Below are positions 1-12,194 of a stretch of DNA of 64,000 bases, piece after piece. The notes below the pieces were generated by a model, which made no database searches, was not told the DNA's origin, and worked only from the letters and a program-made list of their open reading frames with translations. This DNA comes from Mobula hypostoma. Taxonomy: Eukaryota. The DNA lies in contig NC_086109.1 in the NCBI RefSeq assembly GCF_963921235.1, positions 32,924,001 to 32,988,000 of the forward strand, given 5' to 3'. The first letter of the stretch is position 1, and each line of letters begins with the position of its first letter. The position numbers and the translations under genes are program-made.

Positions 1-556
1 CATACAAAAATAAGAGCAAAATGGTCATTACTGGAACAATCTCCGGAAACGACTACCACAATGGCAAGTAAGACTAAAGCATAGGGACAGCAGAGAAAGC
101 CATCATTGGTGATTCCTATCTAACCGAACTGCAGAGGTTCACAAAGTCAGTGCACCACCTTCTGAAGATCAACAACAGATGGCGTAAATGGATGGATGTC
201 TCCTATTGCCAAGTCTATTTTTAATCCAATCTTCTTTGAATTATTAAACTAGACTTGTGCAATAACATAACTAAGACATACTTATGCACTAGCCAGCAAC
301 ATGTTTGTACAGCACTCAGGTCCTTGAAGCTGTACATAAAGAAACTAAGTAATGTCAACCAGACAGCCTGGTAGCATTCCTCTTTAATTCTTAACATAAA
401 ACTGTTACAACTTACTTTTGCCATGGTATTAAATGTTCTGCTTCCCATTGCCTCCCCTACAAAGCATAGAGGAAATTTTACTGTATAGTAAAATAGTAAC
501 TGAAGTACTAAAGGCCTGGAAGACGTAATGTGGAGAAAAGTACAAGGACCACCTGA

Positions 557-630
557 AGTCCTGATGAAGGGTCGTGGCACAAAACATTAACCGTTTACTC
601 CCCTCCATAGATACTGGTAGACCTGTTGAG
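557..630 (+). mobile_element. Degenerate Penelope-like element 3' (pLTR) remnant with decayed hammerhead motif
   Basis: GTCCTGATGAAGGGTCGTGGCACAAAAC...CATAGATACTG; homologous to better-preserved copies elsewhere in the window. Confidence 0.6.
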
Positions 631-669
631 CTCTAGCAATAAATATTAGCCTGGGCAGTGATATTCACC

Positions 670-1249
670 TGTAACCGTCAGGTTCTGTCAGCTGTGTAAG
701 TCTAGGGAAGATAATCTCTGGGCGTGCCGAACAAGTGAGATTGAGATGAGGGTTCACCCCGAAACTGCCCTGTTTGTGTGGACACTGCGTGATTTGTTAC
801 CCTGTTACAAATCAGTACCACGAAATAGCAGACAGAACACCACATACAATTAAGTGATCTGGCTTTATTATTCTTAATTTGACTACAGGGTTTGCGAAGA
901 AAAAGCAAAAAAGGAAAGGGCCCATTTTAATGGAACAGTCCTAATATGCACAAGTTGGAGCTCACAGCTTCCCCTTCGCCGATCCTCCATCGAATTCTTC
1001 GGGCTTCGTCGACTCCTGGCCCCACTCCAAGTCTATCCTACGATCGCTCTTCACCTGTGTCTTCTCTCTGCATCTCCCGCCGAACAAAAGTCCCAGATCA
1101 CCTCGGTGTCAGGCACACACCACGAAAACATCCTCCCATCCTTGGACAGCTCACATTCGAAAGCACCCATTATCTCTAACCATTACCCAAACACTGCTTC
1201 TACGGAATGACCATTACATAAGCAGTGAAACCTTTCCCAAGGTGTTACA
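670..1249 (-). mobile_element. Probable solo LTR (580 bp)
   Basis: TG...CA ends with 6-bp terminal inverted repeat TGTAAC/GTTACA; flanks CACC/CACA (4-bp TSD, 1 mismatch); GC/CpG-richer than flanks; AATAAA on minus strand near 864-869. Confidence 0.7.
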
Positions 1250-1699
1250 CACACAACATGAGGTTTTTTTTTAATGAAATGGCTGCTTGTACAGTATATT
1301 TGGGATTGATATTGTCTTCATAATTATTTTGCTCACTTGACTATTTTTCTTGTGCACTTTTCTCTGTTTTGTTGTCTCAGACATCTTCAGAACCCCTCCT
1401 CAACGTATATGCAAGCAGCACTGTAAAACTGGAGTAAGTAATAATACGGATTGCGTTATTGGAAGATCTTCCCTGGGTTATTCATCAAACAGAAGAGACT
1501 TTGTGCAACTGTTAAATAAATTATATACAGACCACAATTAATCTTTGGATTAGATATCAGATGTAAACCTTGTGCTGTGTTTTTTTTTGGAGAATAAAAT
1601 GTTCAGTATAATTGGCTGTACACTCGAAGCAAATATTTGCTCAGTATGCAAACGTTCCAGACTGATTGGAGACCATTCCTGATGCATTAACCAGGATCT

Positions 1700-3990
1700 G
1701 GCATCTATGGTGAGGGCTATTTTTGTGATTAGAAGCCTGTGACCAGTGGTGTTCCACAGGGTACAGTGCAAAGACTCTTGACATTTGTGATATACGTGAA
1801 TGATTTGGATCTGGATGAAGGTTACGTGATCAGTAATTTCAAAGGCAACATTAGACTTGGTGGAGATTTTGGCAATGTGGAGGGTAGTCTGAGGCTTCAG
1901 AGTGATGCTGATGAGTTGGTAAACTGGGCTGAGAAATGATAGATGGAGTGTAATTCTGATAAGTGTGAAGTGATGTATTATTAGAGTTTTAATGTGGCTA
2001 GGATACAGACCAGGAATAGTAAGCTCCTGGGGGTATTGAGGAACAGGATGCCTTGGCGTGCAAGTTCAGAGATCTTTAAATGCATCAGGATAGGAAGACA
2101 ATATAGCTAAGACACATGGGTTGCTAGCTTTCGTTAGTTGGGACGCTGAATACAAGAGCTAAGGTACTGCATTCTGATCTTGTCATCACAATATAAGAAA
2201 GATGTGATAGTGCTAGAGACGTAACCAGGTATGAAGTGTTTCAGGTACGGGAGGCTAGTTCTGTCTGTTTTTTCTGGAGTGGAATACGTCAAATAGGGAC
2301 ATGATTGAGATGCATAAAATTATGAGGCGGTATAGATTTGATAGACCGCAGGGAAATTTTCCCCTCATCAGAAGTGAAAATAAAAACTGAGGACATGGAT
2401 GCATGGTAAGGGGAAAAGATTTAGACCATAAGACCATAAGATAAAGGAGCAGAAGTCAGCCATTCGGCCCATCGAGTCTGCTCTGCCATTTTATCATGAG
2501 CTGATCCATTCTTCCATTTAATCCCACTCCCCCGCCTTTTCACCATAACCTTTGATGCCCTGGCTACTCAGATACCTATCAATCCCTGCCTTAAATACAC
2601 TCAATGACTTGGCCTCCACTGCTGCCCGAGGCAACAAATTCCATAGATTCACCACCCTCTGGCTAAAAAAATTCTTCGCATTTCTGTTCTGAATGAGCGC
2701 CCTTTAATCCTTAAATCATGCCCTCTCGTACTAGGCTCCCCCATCATGGGAAACAACTTTGCCACATCCATTCTGTCCATGCCTTTCAACATTCGAAATG
2801 TTTCTATGAGGTCTCCCCTCATTCTTCTAAACTCCAAGGAATACAGTCCAAGAGCGGACAAACGTTCCTCATATGTTAACCCTCTCATTCCCGGAATCAT
2901 TCTAGTGAATCTTCTCTGTACCCTCTCCAATGTCAGCACACCCTTTCTTAAATAAGGAGAACCAAAACTGCCCACAGTACTCCAAGTGAGGTCTCACCAG
3001 CGCCTTATAGAGTCTCAACATCACATCCCTGCTCCTATACTCTATTCCTCTAGAAATGAATGCCAACATTGCATTCGCCTTCTTCACCTCCGACTCAACC
3101 TGGAGGTTAACCTTAAGGGTATCCTGTACGAGGACTCCCAAGTCCCGTTGCATCTCAGAACTTTGAATTCTTTCACCATTTAAATAATAGTCTGCCCGTT
3201 TATTTCTTCTGCCAAAGTGCATAACCATACACTTTCCAACATTGTATTTCATTTGCCTTTCTTTGCCCATTCTTCCAATCTATCCAAGTCTCTCTGCAGA
3301 CTCTCAGTTTCCTCAGCACTACCAGCCCCTCCACCTATCTTCGTATCGTCAGCAAACTTAACCACAAAGACATCTATTCCATAATCCAAATCGTTGATGT
3401 ACAACGTAAAAAGTGGCCCCAACACGGACCCCTGTGGAACACCACTGGTAACCGGCAGCCAACCAGAATAGGATCCCTTTATTCCCACTCTCTGTTTCCT
3501 GCCAATCAGCCAACGCTCTATCCACGTATGTAACTTTCCCGTAATTCCATGGGCTCTTATCTTGTTAAGTAGCTTCATGTGTGGCACCTTGTCAAAGGCC
3601 TCCTGAAAATCCAAATATACAACATCCACTGCATCTCCCTTGTCTAGCCTACTTGTAATTTCCTCAAAAAGTTGTAATAGGTTTGTCAGGCAGGATTTTT
3701 CTTTAAGGAATCCATGCTGAGTTCTGCCTATCTTGTCATATGCCTCCAGGTACTCTGTAACCTCATTTAGAGAGGATCTGAGAGGACCAGATAGCAGTGA
3801 GTATCTAGAACACACTGCCTGAAAGAGTGGTGGACATCACTTAAGAAGTGTCTAGAAAAATCAGTTAAATCATACGGACATAGAAGGATTATGGCCAGGT
3901 GCCGGAAAATGGTATTAATCTGCATGGGTGCCAATTGGTTGGAATGAATGTAATGGGCTGAATGGCTTGCTTCCATGCTCTATGGTTCTA
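1700..3990 (+). mobile_element. Old CR1 LINE 3' fragment, interrupted by a younger CR1
   Basis: RT motif PVTSGVPQG (ORF 1739); CR1 3' sequence resumes at about 3772 after the nested insertion and ends in TCTATGGTTCTA. Confidence 0.8.
2426..3764 (-). mobile_element. Younger 5'-truncated CR1 LINE (ORF2 RT C-terminal half, frameshifted)
   Basis: ORFs 3249-3815, 2902-3270, 2649-2975: QHGF..SCLTNL, YLDFQEAFDKVPH, SGVPQGSVLGP, FADDTK, RPHLEYC; (CTTATGGT)n tail; ATTTAGA at 2419-2425 and 3765-3771 as TSD. Confidence 0.92.
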
Positions 3991-4552
3991 ATATTTGAAC
4001 ATTAGATACAAATCCCACTCTGACTTCTTATATTGAATTTCTAAGTATGAGATTGATGTCAGTAAATAAATAGTCATGAAGCACAGTTGTAAAAACCTGA
4101 TTTACTAGAAAACTGGCTACATAGTTCTGCTTTCACTGACATGTGATCCAAATCCTACATCAACATAGTTTTCCTTAATTGTGTTTTGAAATGACCCAGC
4201 AAGTATTTATTTGTATTTTTATTTATGGTAGTTCAAGGAAAATCTCACTATCAGTCTCTCAAAGACTACTTGGAATGTATAATTGACGATAATATCTTTT
4301 TTTTCCTGCATAAGTTTACTTACATAAAGTGAGACAGGTTTTTCTCTCAGAAGCTGTTGCCTTACCTCTTGGGTAGTTCTGGCCTTTCCTGTTTTATATC
4401 ACATTGTAGAGTTTGAAGTTGCCATAGATCTGGAACACTTTCAGGTAGAAGGCAGGTGGTAGGGATGTTTTATCAGCATCATGATAGAATCTAGGGGCTC
4501 TGCAAAATCTAATACTATTCATGGATTCTGAATCTGTATTCTTTCTTTAAGA

Positions 4553-4640
4553 AAGGTTTCGACCCGAAATGTCGACTGTACTTCTTCCTATAGATGCTGC
4601 CTGGCCTGCTGCGTTCCACCAGCATTTTGTGTGTGTTGCT
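4553..4640 (+). mobile_element. Short Penelope-like pLTR fragment
   Basis: CCCGAAATGTCGACTGTAC...GATGCTGCCTGGCCTGCTG; 12-bp flanking repeat CTTTC(T/C)TTAAGA. Confidence 0.8.
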
Positions 4641-5344
4641 CTTTCCTTAAGATGTGTAAAGCATTCCTGCTTAAATTACACTCGTAAGCAAGTCAGATTT
4701 CATTCTGTCTCGAGCAGGTGAGACAATTAAACTAAACTAAAATAGATCAGAATTCTGCCAACATTGCTGTCTTTGTGAAATGGCCATGCAACCTACCTTC
4801 CACTGTACCTCTGTTTTAGAATGGAAGCAGTAATAAAAACAAACCGTAATTACTCACCAGGTGAAGAATTATCTGTGGAATAAAATACTCATTTTAAACA
4901 GAAAGATGACTTGATAATGGGTTGTAGAAAAAGGCACTGTGTGATCAACAGGTGAAAAAATATTGCATTAAAATTCTGACTCAATGAAGACATGGCTCAG
5001 AATTTGTTTTCTTGGTCGTCTTTTGCCTGTCGTCTCTGCAAATATCTGAAAAGTATATTCCAGTGAGTGTCTAATATTCTATTTGTATTTTCTCCAGGCA
5101 GAACAACTGAGGTTAACGAGCCTTTACTACCTTCCTCAGTTCCCACCATCATCACGTTCCTTTTATCACATCATTCATATTTTTGCATATATCATAAAAC
5201 GAGGCTTTTCGGCCCAGCAAACCTATCTCAGAATATTTAGAATAATCCCTTCAGTCCGACTCCTCGTTTTGTTTCGCTGTGACTTATTCTCCTTCACTTT
5301 GTCCATTATTTCCACCTAGCTTCACTAAGGGCTGTATACCATAG

Positions 5345-5470
5345 TGAAGAAAGTCACCAACCAGCATGTTTTTGTGGTATGGGAGCATCCATGAAAAATT
5401 CGCATAGTCAACAGGAAAATGAGCATACTCCATGCAAAAGGCACCTGAGGTCAAGTTTGAACACATGTCC
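5345..5470 (-). mobile_element. Degenerate V-SINE-like tRNA SINE fragment
   Basis: Weak similarity to the SINE copies at about 16.1 kb and 61.3 kb. Confidence 0.45.
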
Positions 5471-5790
5471 CCTGATGTTTGATTTCTAACTTTTCCTAGT
5501 TCTAATGAAAGTTCATCAATGTCAAGTCTGTGTCTCTATCCAGGGATCCTGTCTAGTTTGGAAGATCATTTGGTGACAACTTGGTCACCAAAGCTGGCTC
5601 CAGCCTGACTGACAATAATGTCCAGCTATAAATCCAACAGAAATATTTTGAGTGCTGACAAAGCTATGCACCATCCTGGTTAATATGGCCAATAAAGCTG
5701 CTGAACATCTAAAAGTATTTAAAATTATATAAAAAAAAACAAAGCTCCATTGAATGATATTAACATTATAATAAAAATGAAAACAGAAAA

Positions 5791-6058
5791 AGGCCTCCTG
5801 TCCCATGATCCTCTCATATCCCCTTTGCCAATCACCTGTCCAGCTCTCGGCTCCATCCCTCCCCCTCCTGTCTTCTCCTATCATTTTGGATCTCCCCCTC
5901 CAACTTCAACTTCAACTTCAACTTCAAATCTCTTACTAGCTCTTCCTTCAGTTAGCCCTGATGAAGGAGCTCAGCCTGAAACGTCGACTGTACCTCTTCC
6001 TAGAGATGCTGCCTGGCCTGCTGCATTCACCAGCAACTTTGATGTGTGTTGCTTAAAT
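5791..6058 (+). mobile_element. Penelope-like pLTR fragment with hammerhead motif and a (CAACTT)4 micro-expansion
   Basis: Matches 54.7-55.0 kb; CTGATGAAGGAGCTCAGCCTGAAACGTCGAC at about 5958-5988. Confidence 0.85.
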
Positions 6059-6279
6059 ACTTAATAAGCAATTAACTAATTAGATTTAGAAACAAATAAT
6101 TACTTTAAACTTACAGCTGCTTCTCTCCATTGAAACTGAATGGTTTAACCTGCTATGAATTCTTTGGACAGAGTTCCAATTATAATCATTGGAAAACTGT
6201 AGGATGTTGGTGGACTCCACGATGATCCTTCCAGCAGTCAAAGTGAAAATAAAATTATAATCAGTGCATGTATATGTCA

Positions 6280-6790
6280 CCATTTACTACTGTGAGATTC
6301 ATTTTATTGCAGGCATTTATAGGAAAATCAAGAAATACAACAGAATTTATGAAAGACTACACAGAAGTAACAACTGACAAACAACTATTGTGCAAAAAGG
6401 ACTAATTGTGCAAATAAAATAATAAATAATACCAAGGGCACACGTTGTAGACTCCTTAAAAGTGAGTCCAGAGGTTGTGGAATCAGGTTGGAGTTGAGGT
6501 GAGTGAAGTTATCCACACTGGTTCAGGAGACCAATGGTTACTGGGTAACAATGGTTCCTGAACCTGGTAATGTGGAACCTGAGGCTCCTGTATCTCTGTC
6601 CTGACGGTGATCATGAGAATAGAGCATGGTCAGGATGGTGGGGTCCTTGATGATGGATACCACTTTCCTGTGGCAACGTTACTTGTAAGTATTCCCAATG
6701 GTGGGAAGGGTTTTTCCTCTGAAGGACTGGTCTGTTTCCACCACTTTCTCCAGACTTTTCCATTCCTGGGCATTGGTGTTTGCTGCACTT
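6280..6790 (-). mobile_element. Rex1/Babar-type LINE 3' fragment
   Basis: ORF fragments NAQEWKSLEKVVET...LPTIGNTY and QGPHHPDHALFS, typical of the C-terminus of this LINE group. Confidence 0.7.
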
Positions 6791-8019
6791 GGCAAATAGC
6801 TGCAAAGGATATAAATTTCCATGGATTCCTGAACTTCCTGGCAGTTGCATGAAAAAAATGTCAGTCGTAATTTCCAGAACTGCCAGCATTTCCCAGGAAT
6901 TCTGAAGCAAAATACCAATATATATTTTTAACTGATGGAAGTAACACCCATATATGGTCAGCTGAGATCATGTTGTAGCACAAGAGATTAAACTCAATTG
7001 CTTACACATAGTCACAGTTCAGTATCCCACTCAGGCAATTGTTGTGGTACTTTCTAAAGAGCAAAGATGGAACAGATAAAAAGCAAGTTAATCCTTGTTA
7101 ATGGGGTTTTAGTTTTTGAATTCTGTACCAAATAGTTATTTTTAATATTGCTAATCATACCAAATTCATTAACCAACTTGCTGGCAGTGTAACAATCATT
7201 TAATAAAAATTAATGTTCTGGAAATGCTGGTCAGCGTTTGAAATTATTTAAATTCATGGCCTTTCCATAGATGGATCAAAACAATAACTGAGAGCCAACT
7301 TAGTACTTTCTTGGAATTTTAATTGTTGTTTTAACATTTTAACATTACAAAAATGATATAAATCATCGCTAAGTTTCATTATTTATCATCAGCAAACTAT
7401 TTTGTGTGTTTTAGTAAAATAATTTTTCATGAAATAGACGTAGTGAGGCAAAATCTGTCAAAGACCTTTGGTCTATTTTTGAGTAAATAATAGAGGCTGA
7501 GAGACATGCTGACCACTTAGATCTGTCTGACATAAGTGTTGACCTTATTCCCAAAGTGGTGGTCAGTGCTGACATTGTTGGACTCCACGACAACCTTCAT
7601 GTAAAATTAGTGGACTCAGTATCCCATGTGCTCTTCCATTGGGACTAGAAATACAACCACATAATCAATAGTTACTTGCAGACATTGCTTGAGAAACATT
7701 GCAATATATGACTTTTGTGAACGCCCTGTACCCATGACTATCCTATCCCGCACTCCAATCCCTTTGAGTTCTGTAATTGAGCACAAGTTTCCAGTGGAGA
7801 AACCAAATTTCCCATCTCCCAGACAAACAAACTGTCAGCTAGAGTTCACTAGATCTTGGTAGCAAATAAAATTGTGCAGGAATAGGTTATGCGTTTATGT
7901 AATGTTTTAAATTCCTTTTCTGAATGCCACAAATTGTTTAGAAACCAGTGAAGCATTTCTGGAGCCACTGTTGTGATGTAGGAAATGTACCAAACCACTT
8001 GTGAACTTGCTCCCATCAA

Positions 8020-8600
8020 CAACACTGTGAGAAGAGTTCCTGGATATCAATATCCCAGAGGATTTGTCCTGGTCCCATTGCATTGATGTAATCATAAAGA
8101 CAGCACACCAGCGGCTATACTTCATTAAGAGTAGGAGGGGATGTGGTATGTCACCAAAGACTCTAGCAATTTTCTACAGTTGTATCGTGGAGAGCATTCT
8201 GACTGGATGCCTCACTGCCTGGTCCAGAGGTTCCAATGCACAGGATCAAAAGAAGCTACAGAGGGTTCTAGGCTCAGCCGGCTCCATCATAAGCACAAAC
8301 CACCATACTATCAAGGACATCCTCAAAAGGCGATACCTCAAGAACACAGCATCCATTATTAAGCACACTCACCATCTAGTACATGGCCTCTTCTCTTTAT
8401 TACCATTGGGAAGGAGGCACTGGAAGTTGAAAATTCACACTAAATGCTTGAATGTCACACGGAGCATTCACACTACCTTGCTATTCCTCTTTTGCAATAT
8501 TTATTTTCTTTCCATCTTTACATCTTGTGTTGTATTGCTGCCACGAAACAACAAATTTCATGGCATAGGTCAGTGATAGTAAACATGATTCTCATTCCGG
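8020..8600 (+). mobile_element. Rex1/Babar-type LINE ORF C-terminus and 3' UTR
   Basis: ORF 8064-8576: KTAHQRLYFIK...LAIFYSCIVESILTGCLTAW...HGLFSLLPLGRR. Confidence 0.8.
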
Positions 8601-9514
8601 CCAGAACCTTTGGTGATAATCTCCCTGCTTCTCTTTGAAATGATCTCATAAGATCTTTAAAACATCAGGAAAATACAGATTGAGTCTCTGTTTAATATCT
8701 CATCCAAGAAACAGACCCTATCCATGTCAATCTACATTCTTGTGCCCACCTCTTCAATCTAACGCAAAATTGGCAAAATATTGTGATGTTGGCCCCGTGA
8801 GCCCTTCAGTGCATTAGGATTCTTAAGAGAACAGAAGAAGTAAACATATCAGTGAAAAGTCTTTGTTCCAAGAAGCGTTTGACAGGGATCAAATGAAACT
8901 AAGTTTTATCAGTGCCAGTGTCATGCACACTGCTGTTCTTTACCTTCTTTACGTTCGTATCCGCACCATCAACAAAGTGAATTCATAACCCAGACTGTCC
9001 CAGTCTCCTGGCAAATGGAGGACGTGAGTTTATAACAGCTTACAAATGTGAAAAAATATTACAAGCTTTTTTATATATCTGCATTAATAATTTACTGGCA
9101 ATCATTATTCCTAAAAAAGTCATTATTACTGCCCCTGTGGCTCCTCCCACAGAATCCTGCATTAAGATGATTTTGCCTTGCCCCTCCCCCTCAGTCTGGG
9201 GGCAGACACTCACCATGGAGGTCGTATTGTACAGCGAATAAAAGCCTTTCAGTATTTTACCCAACCTCAGTCTTTTGGAGTTATTGAAGTTGACTTAAAA
9301 ATTGTGAAATGAAAGATTTTTCATTTCTTCAAAAGGGAACACACCCATATTTTACTTTCAACTGCCTCTTACTAATCTTCTTGTATAATTGACTGCCATT
9401 ACCTCAAATGCATCAATAATAGGAAGTGTTTACAATCAGGTATGTGCAATATAAACCAGATAGATGTTGCTATAATTTACCACACAATTCTTGTTATATT
9501 TGGAAAGTGTGTCA

Positions 9515-9990
9515 CTCTTTCTATATTAATCTGAACTAACATCAGATCTCTGTGTATTAAGACACTAACCAGATGCAAATACTTTTGTGGTGATGTTCTT
9601 ATTTCTTTAAGTAGCATTTTCCTGCCAATTTACTTTGAAGGGTAAACAGCCAGAGCCATAGACACTTGTATGGAGCTAAAAGATATACTTGATGTAAATT
9701 CATACTAAAAACTTTATGTGGAATGTAAGCTAGAGAGATATTTCTATAGTCCACCCGTATCATTTTCGTATTTCAATAGTGACATCAAGAAAGAATGAAA
9801 TTCTTTACATATGAATCTGAAATAACATCAATTTTCTGTATATTAGGGTACCAACCACATGCAAATACTTTTGCTGTGATGTTTTTAATTCTTTCAAGTA
9901 AGGTTTCCCTGCCAATTTACTTTAAGTAGTAAACAGTCAATATCATAACACTTTTACAAATCTTGTCAGGGACACCTGATGCAAATTGTT
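9515..9990. repeat. Old local direct duplication (about 185-bp unit, period about 287 bp)
   Basis: 9523 ATATTAATCTGAACTAACATCA vs 9811 ATATGAATCTGAAATAACATCA; both copies continue ...ATGCAAATACTTTTG...CCTGCCAATTTACTTT...GTAAACAG. Confidence 0.8.
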
Positions 9991-11790
9991 GCTAATTAAA
10001 ATTGACAGGTGCAAATCAGCACATCAAAGCTGACGATCAATTGGACAGCAAAGGTTCCTGTTGAAGGTTACGATGGGTTTGGAACTGAGGTGAGAGTGGT
10101 GTTCGGAATTCAGATGGAGACAAAGAATGAATGATTTTGGGGAAGACTATCAGTTGACTAGTGAAGGAGATTGAAGGTCGAATGGAAGAGAAGGATGCAG
10201 TGACAGAAAGAGATCCTGTTGGCTGGTTGAAATGGACACCAAGGAGGGAGTGATGCATTGTTTAAAGTGAGCGGCAGGGAATGAGCGAACGAGCGAATGA
10301 CACTGGTTTTTGACTACAGCTGGCTTCCAACACAACAGGGTATTCACTTCGAGCCTTATCCCTGCATTGTTTAACCTTTTCACTTGGATTATCCTGATTA
10401 TGAATTGCAGCAAATTCCCTAACCAGTCACTCGGCCTTCCCTATTTCAGGGACGGCCATTTTGCCCTTATCAATCAATACTAGAATATCATCATCCCTAC
10501 AAATTCCTCCATTTTTCTTAATCGTGAAAAGGATTTGGAGTCCAGGTACTAGCTTTAGAGAGCAAATCTTAGATGTGCACCATAATCCTGGAAGTAATTG
10601 CAGGCTGCACTTTGGAGCATGGTCATGGGAGATCTATAGACTGGAGAGGAGGAAAGAGCACTCTGGTCATTGCTGCTGTTCTTGGGCCGACAAGGAATTA
10701 CAGGACATTCTCTTGGTTCAGTGCTACTTTAAAGTGGGCTAGGTTCTCGGAGCATTTAATGACATTGGATTCAGTTTTACGTTTGGAGGATGATATTAGG
10801 AAAGTACAGTCCAGTTGGTGGCGGTAATGCACCTTTAAATTTGACTGCCAACTGCCATTAAAAGGCAGAAGATAAAGAAAATTTCCTGTCCACCTGCAAG
10901 CTACTTGTTATTTTTATGATTGTTATATAGAGGACCACTAAAAGTGCTTGACTTTGTTGAGCTTGGGATTAGCTGTAAGTCTGATATTAGCTTTTAAAAT
11001 ATTAATAAATATAAATAATAGATCTGTAAAACAAAATAAGAAATGCTCATTATGAATTTAGGTACCAGACTCAATGCAAAATTAATCAGTACAATTAGAA
11101 TAAAGAATAAACAGCAGCATCATTTTTATGAAAAGGCAGCAGCACCCAAATAAAATTTTTAAAAGACCTATTATAATTTTGGTATATATTATTCTGAAGG
11201 ACTTGGCAAAACTGAGATAATCAGAAAGATCACTTTGTTGTATTAATGTTCTATAACACAAGTTTTATCCATTTGCTGGTATTGACTTCCATGTAAAAAG
11301 AGAAAAGCCTGGAAGAACTCAATAGGTTGGGCAGCATCTGCGGAAAGGGCAACAAATAAATGAAGACTCTTTCTCAGAATGCCATCATCATATTCTTTTA
11401 TATCATCCTACATCTTTCCTTAGCTTGTCTTCCAGTCATTCTTGCTATCACTTTCCATTCATTTTCACTCCTTCACTCTCTTCCCTCTCATTTGCTCAGA
11501 TCTGAAGTCCTGTTCACTACTCTTCATTCCTTTGCCTTATTCTTGTTATTTTATTGTGTCCCTCCACCACTGTTCCTGGTTTTAAACTTAGCCTCAGACA
11601 AAACAAAAAAGTAATCTTCTGGTCAGAGTTGCATGTGACTTGACTAAGCAGACAATAATATAGTAGACCTTAATAATTTGGTATACTTGTAACAAAATCA
11701 ATCTCTTGGGAAATTCCACTTAATCAAATAATTGAATTCTTATTTCTTCCGTGCAAAAATACTCAGTGCAAGCGGAATAAGAAATAAGAA

Positions 11791-11973
11791 AAACAACAGG
11801 AATTCTGCAGATGCTGGAAATTCAAGCAACATACATCAAAGTTGCTGGTGAACGCAGCAGGCCAAGCAGCATCTATAGGAAGAGGCGCAGTCGACGTTTC
11901 AGGCCGAGACCCTTCGTCAGGACTAACGTTCCTGACGAAGGGTCTCGGCCTGAAACGTCGACTGCGCCTCTTT
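11791..11973. mobile_element. Penelope-like mini-insertion with perfect 43-bp inverted hammerhead duplication
   Basis: Arms 11880-11922 and 11930-11972 are exact reverse complements; 13-bp TSD TAAGAAATAAGAA (11778-11790, 11974-11986). Confidence 0.9.
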
Positions 11974-12194
11974 TAAGAAATAAGAACATCTTTTTCTAAA
12001 TTAAATTGGCAACGGCTACCAAACAAAATATAAAAAGCAAATAAGGGCTAATTAATTGGTTTCTACTGATCAAATCTGCAAAGTTACCAGTAAGGAATAA
12101 CTGAGCTCTAAAATTCTCAGTTATCAATTCAATCTGTGACTGAATGCCAGGTGACGGAATCAATTCAGTCACTTGGCATTCAATATGAGGCAGT

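Noticed and set aside
6206..7600. Shared TGGACTCCACGA at about 6211 and 7579
   Set aside because: Only about 12-20 bp of similarity; insufficient support.
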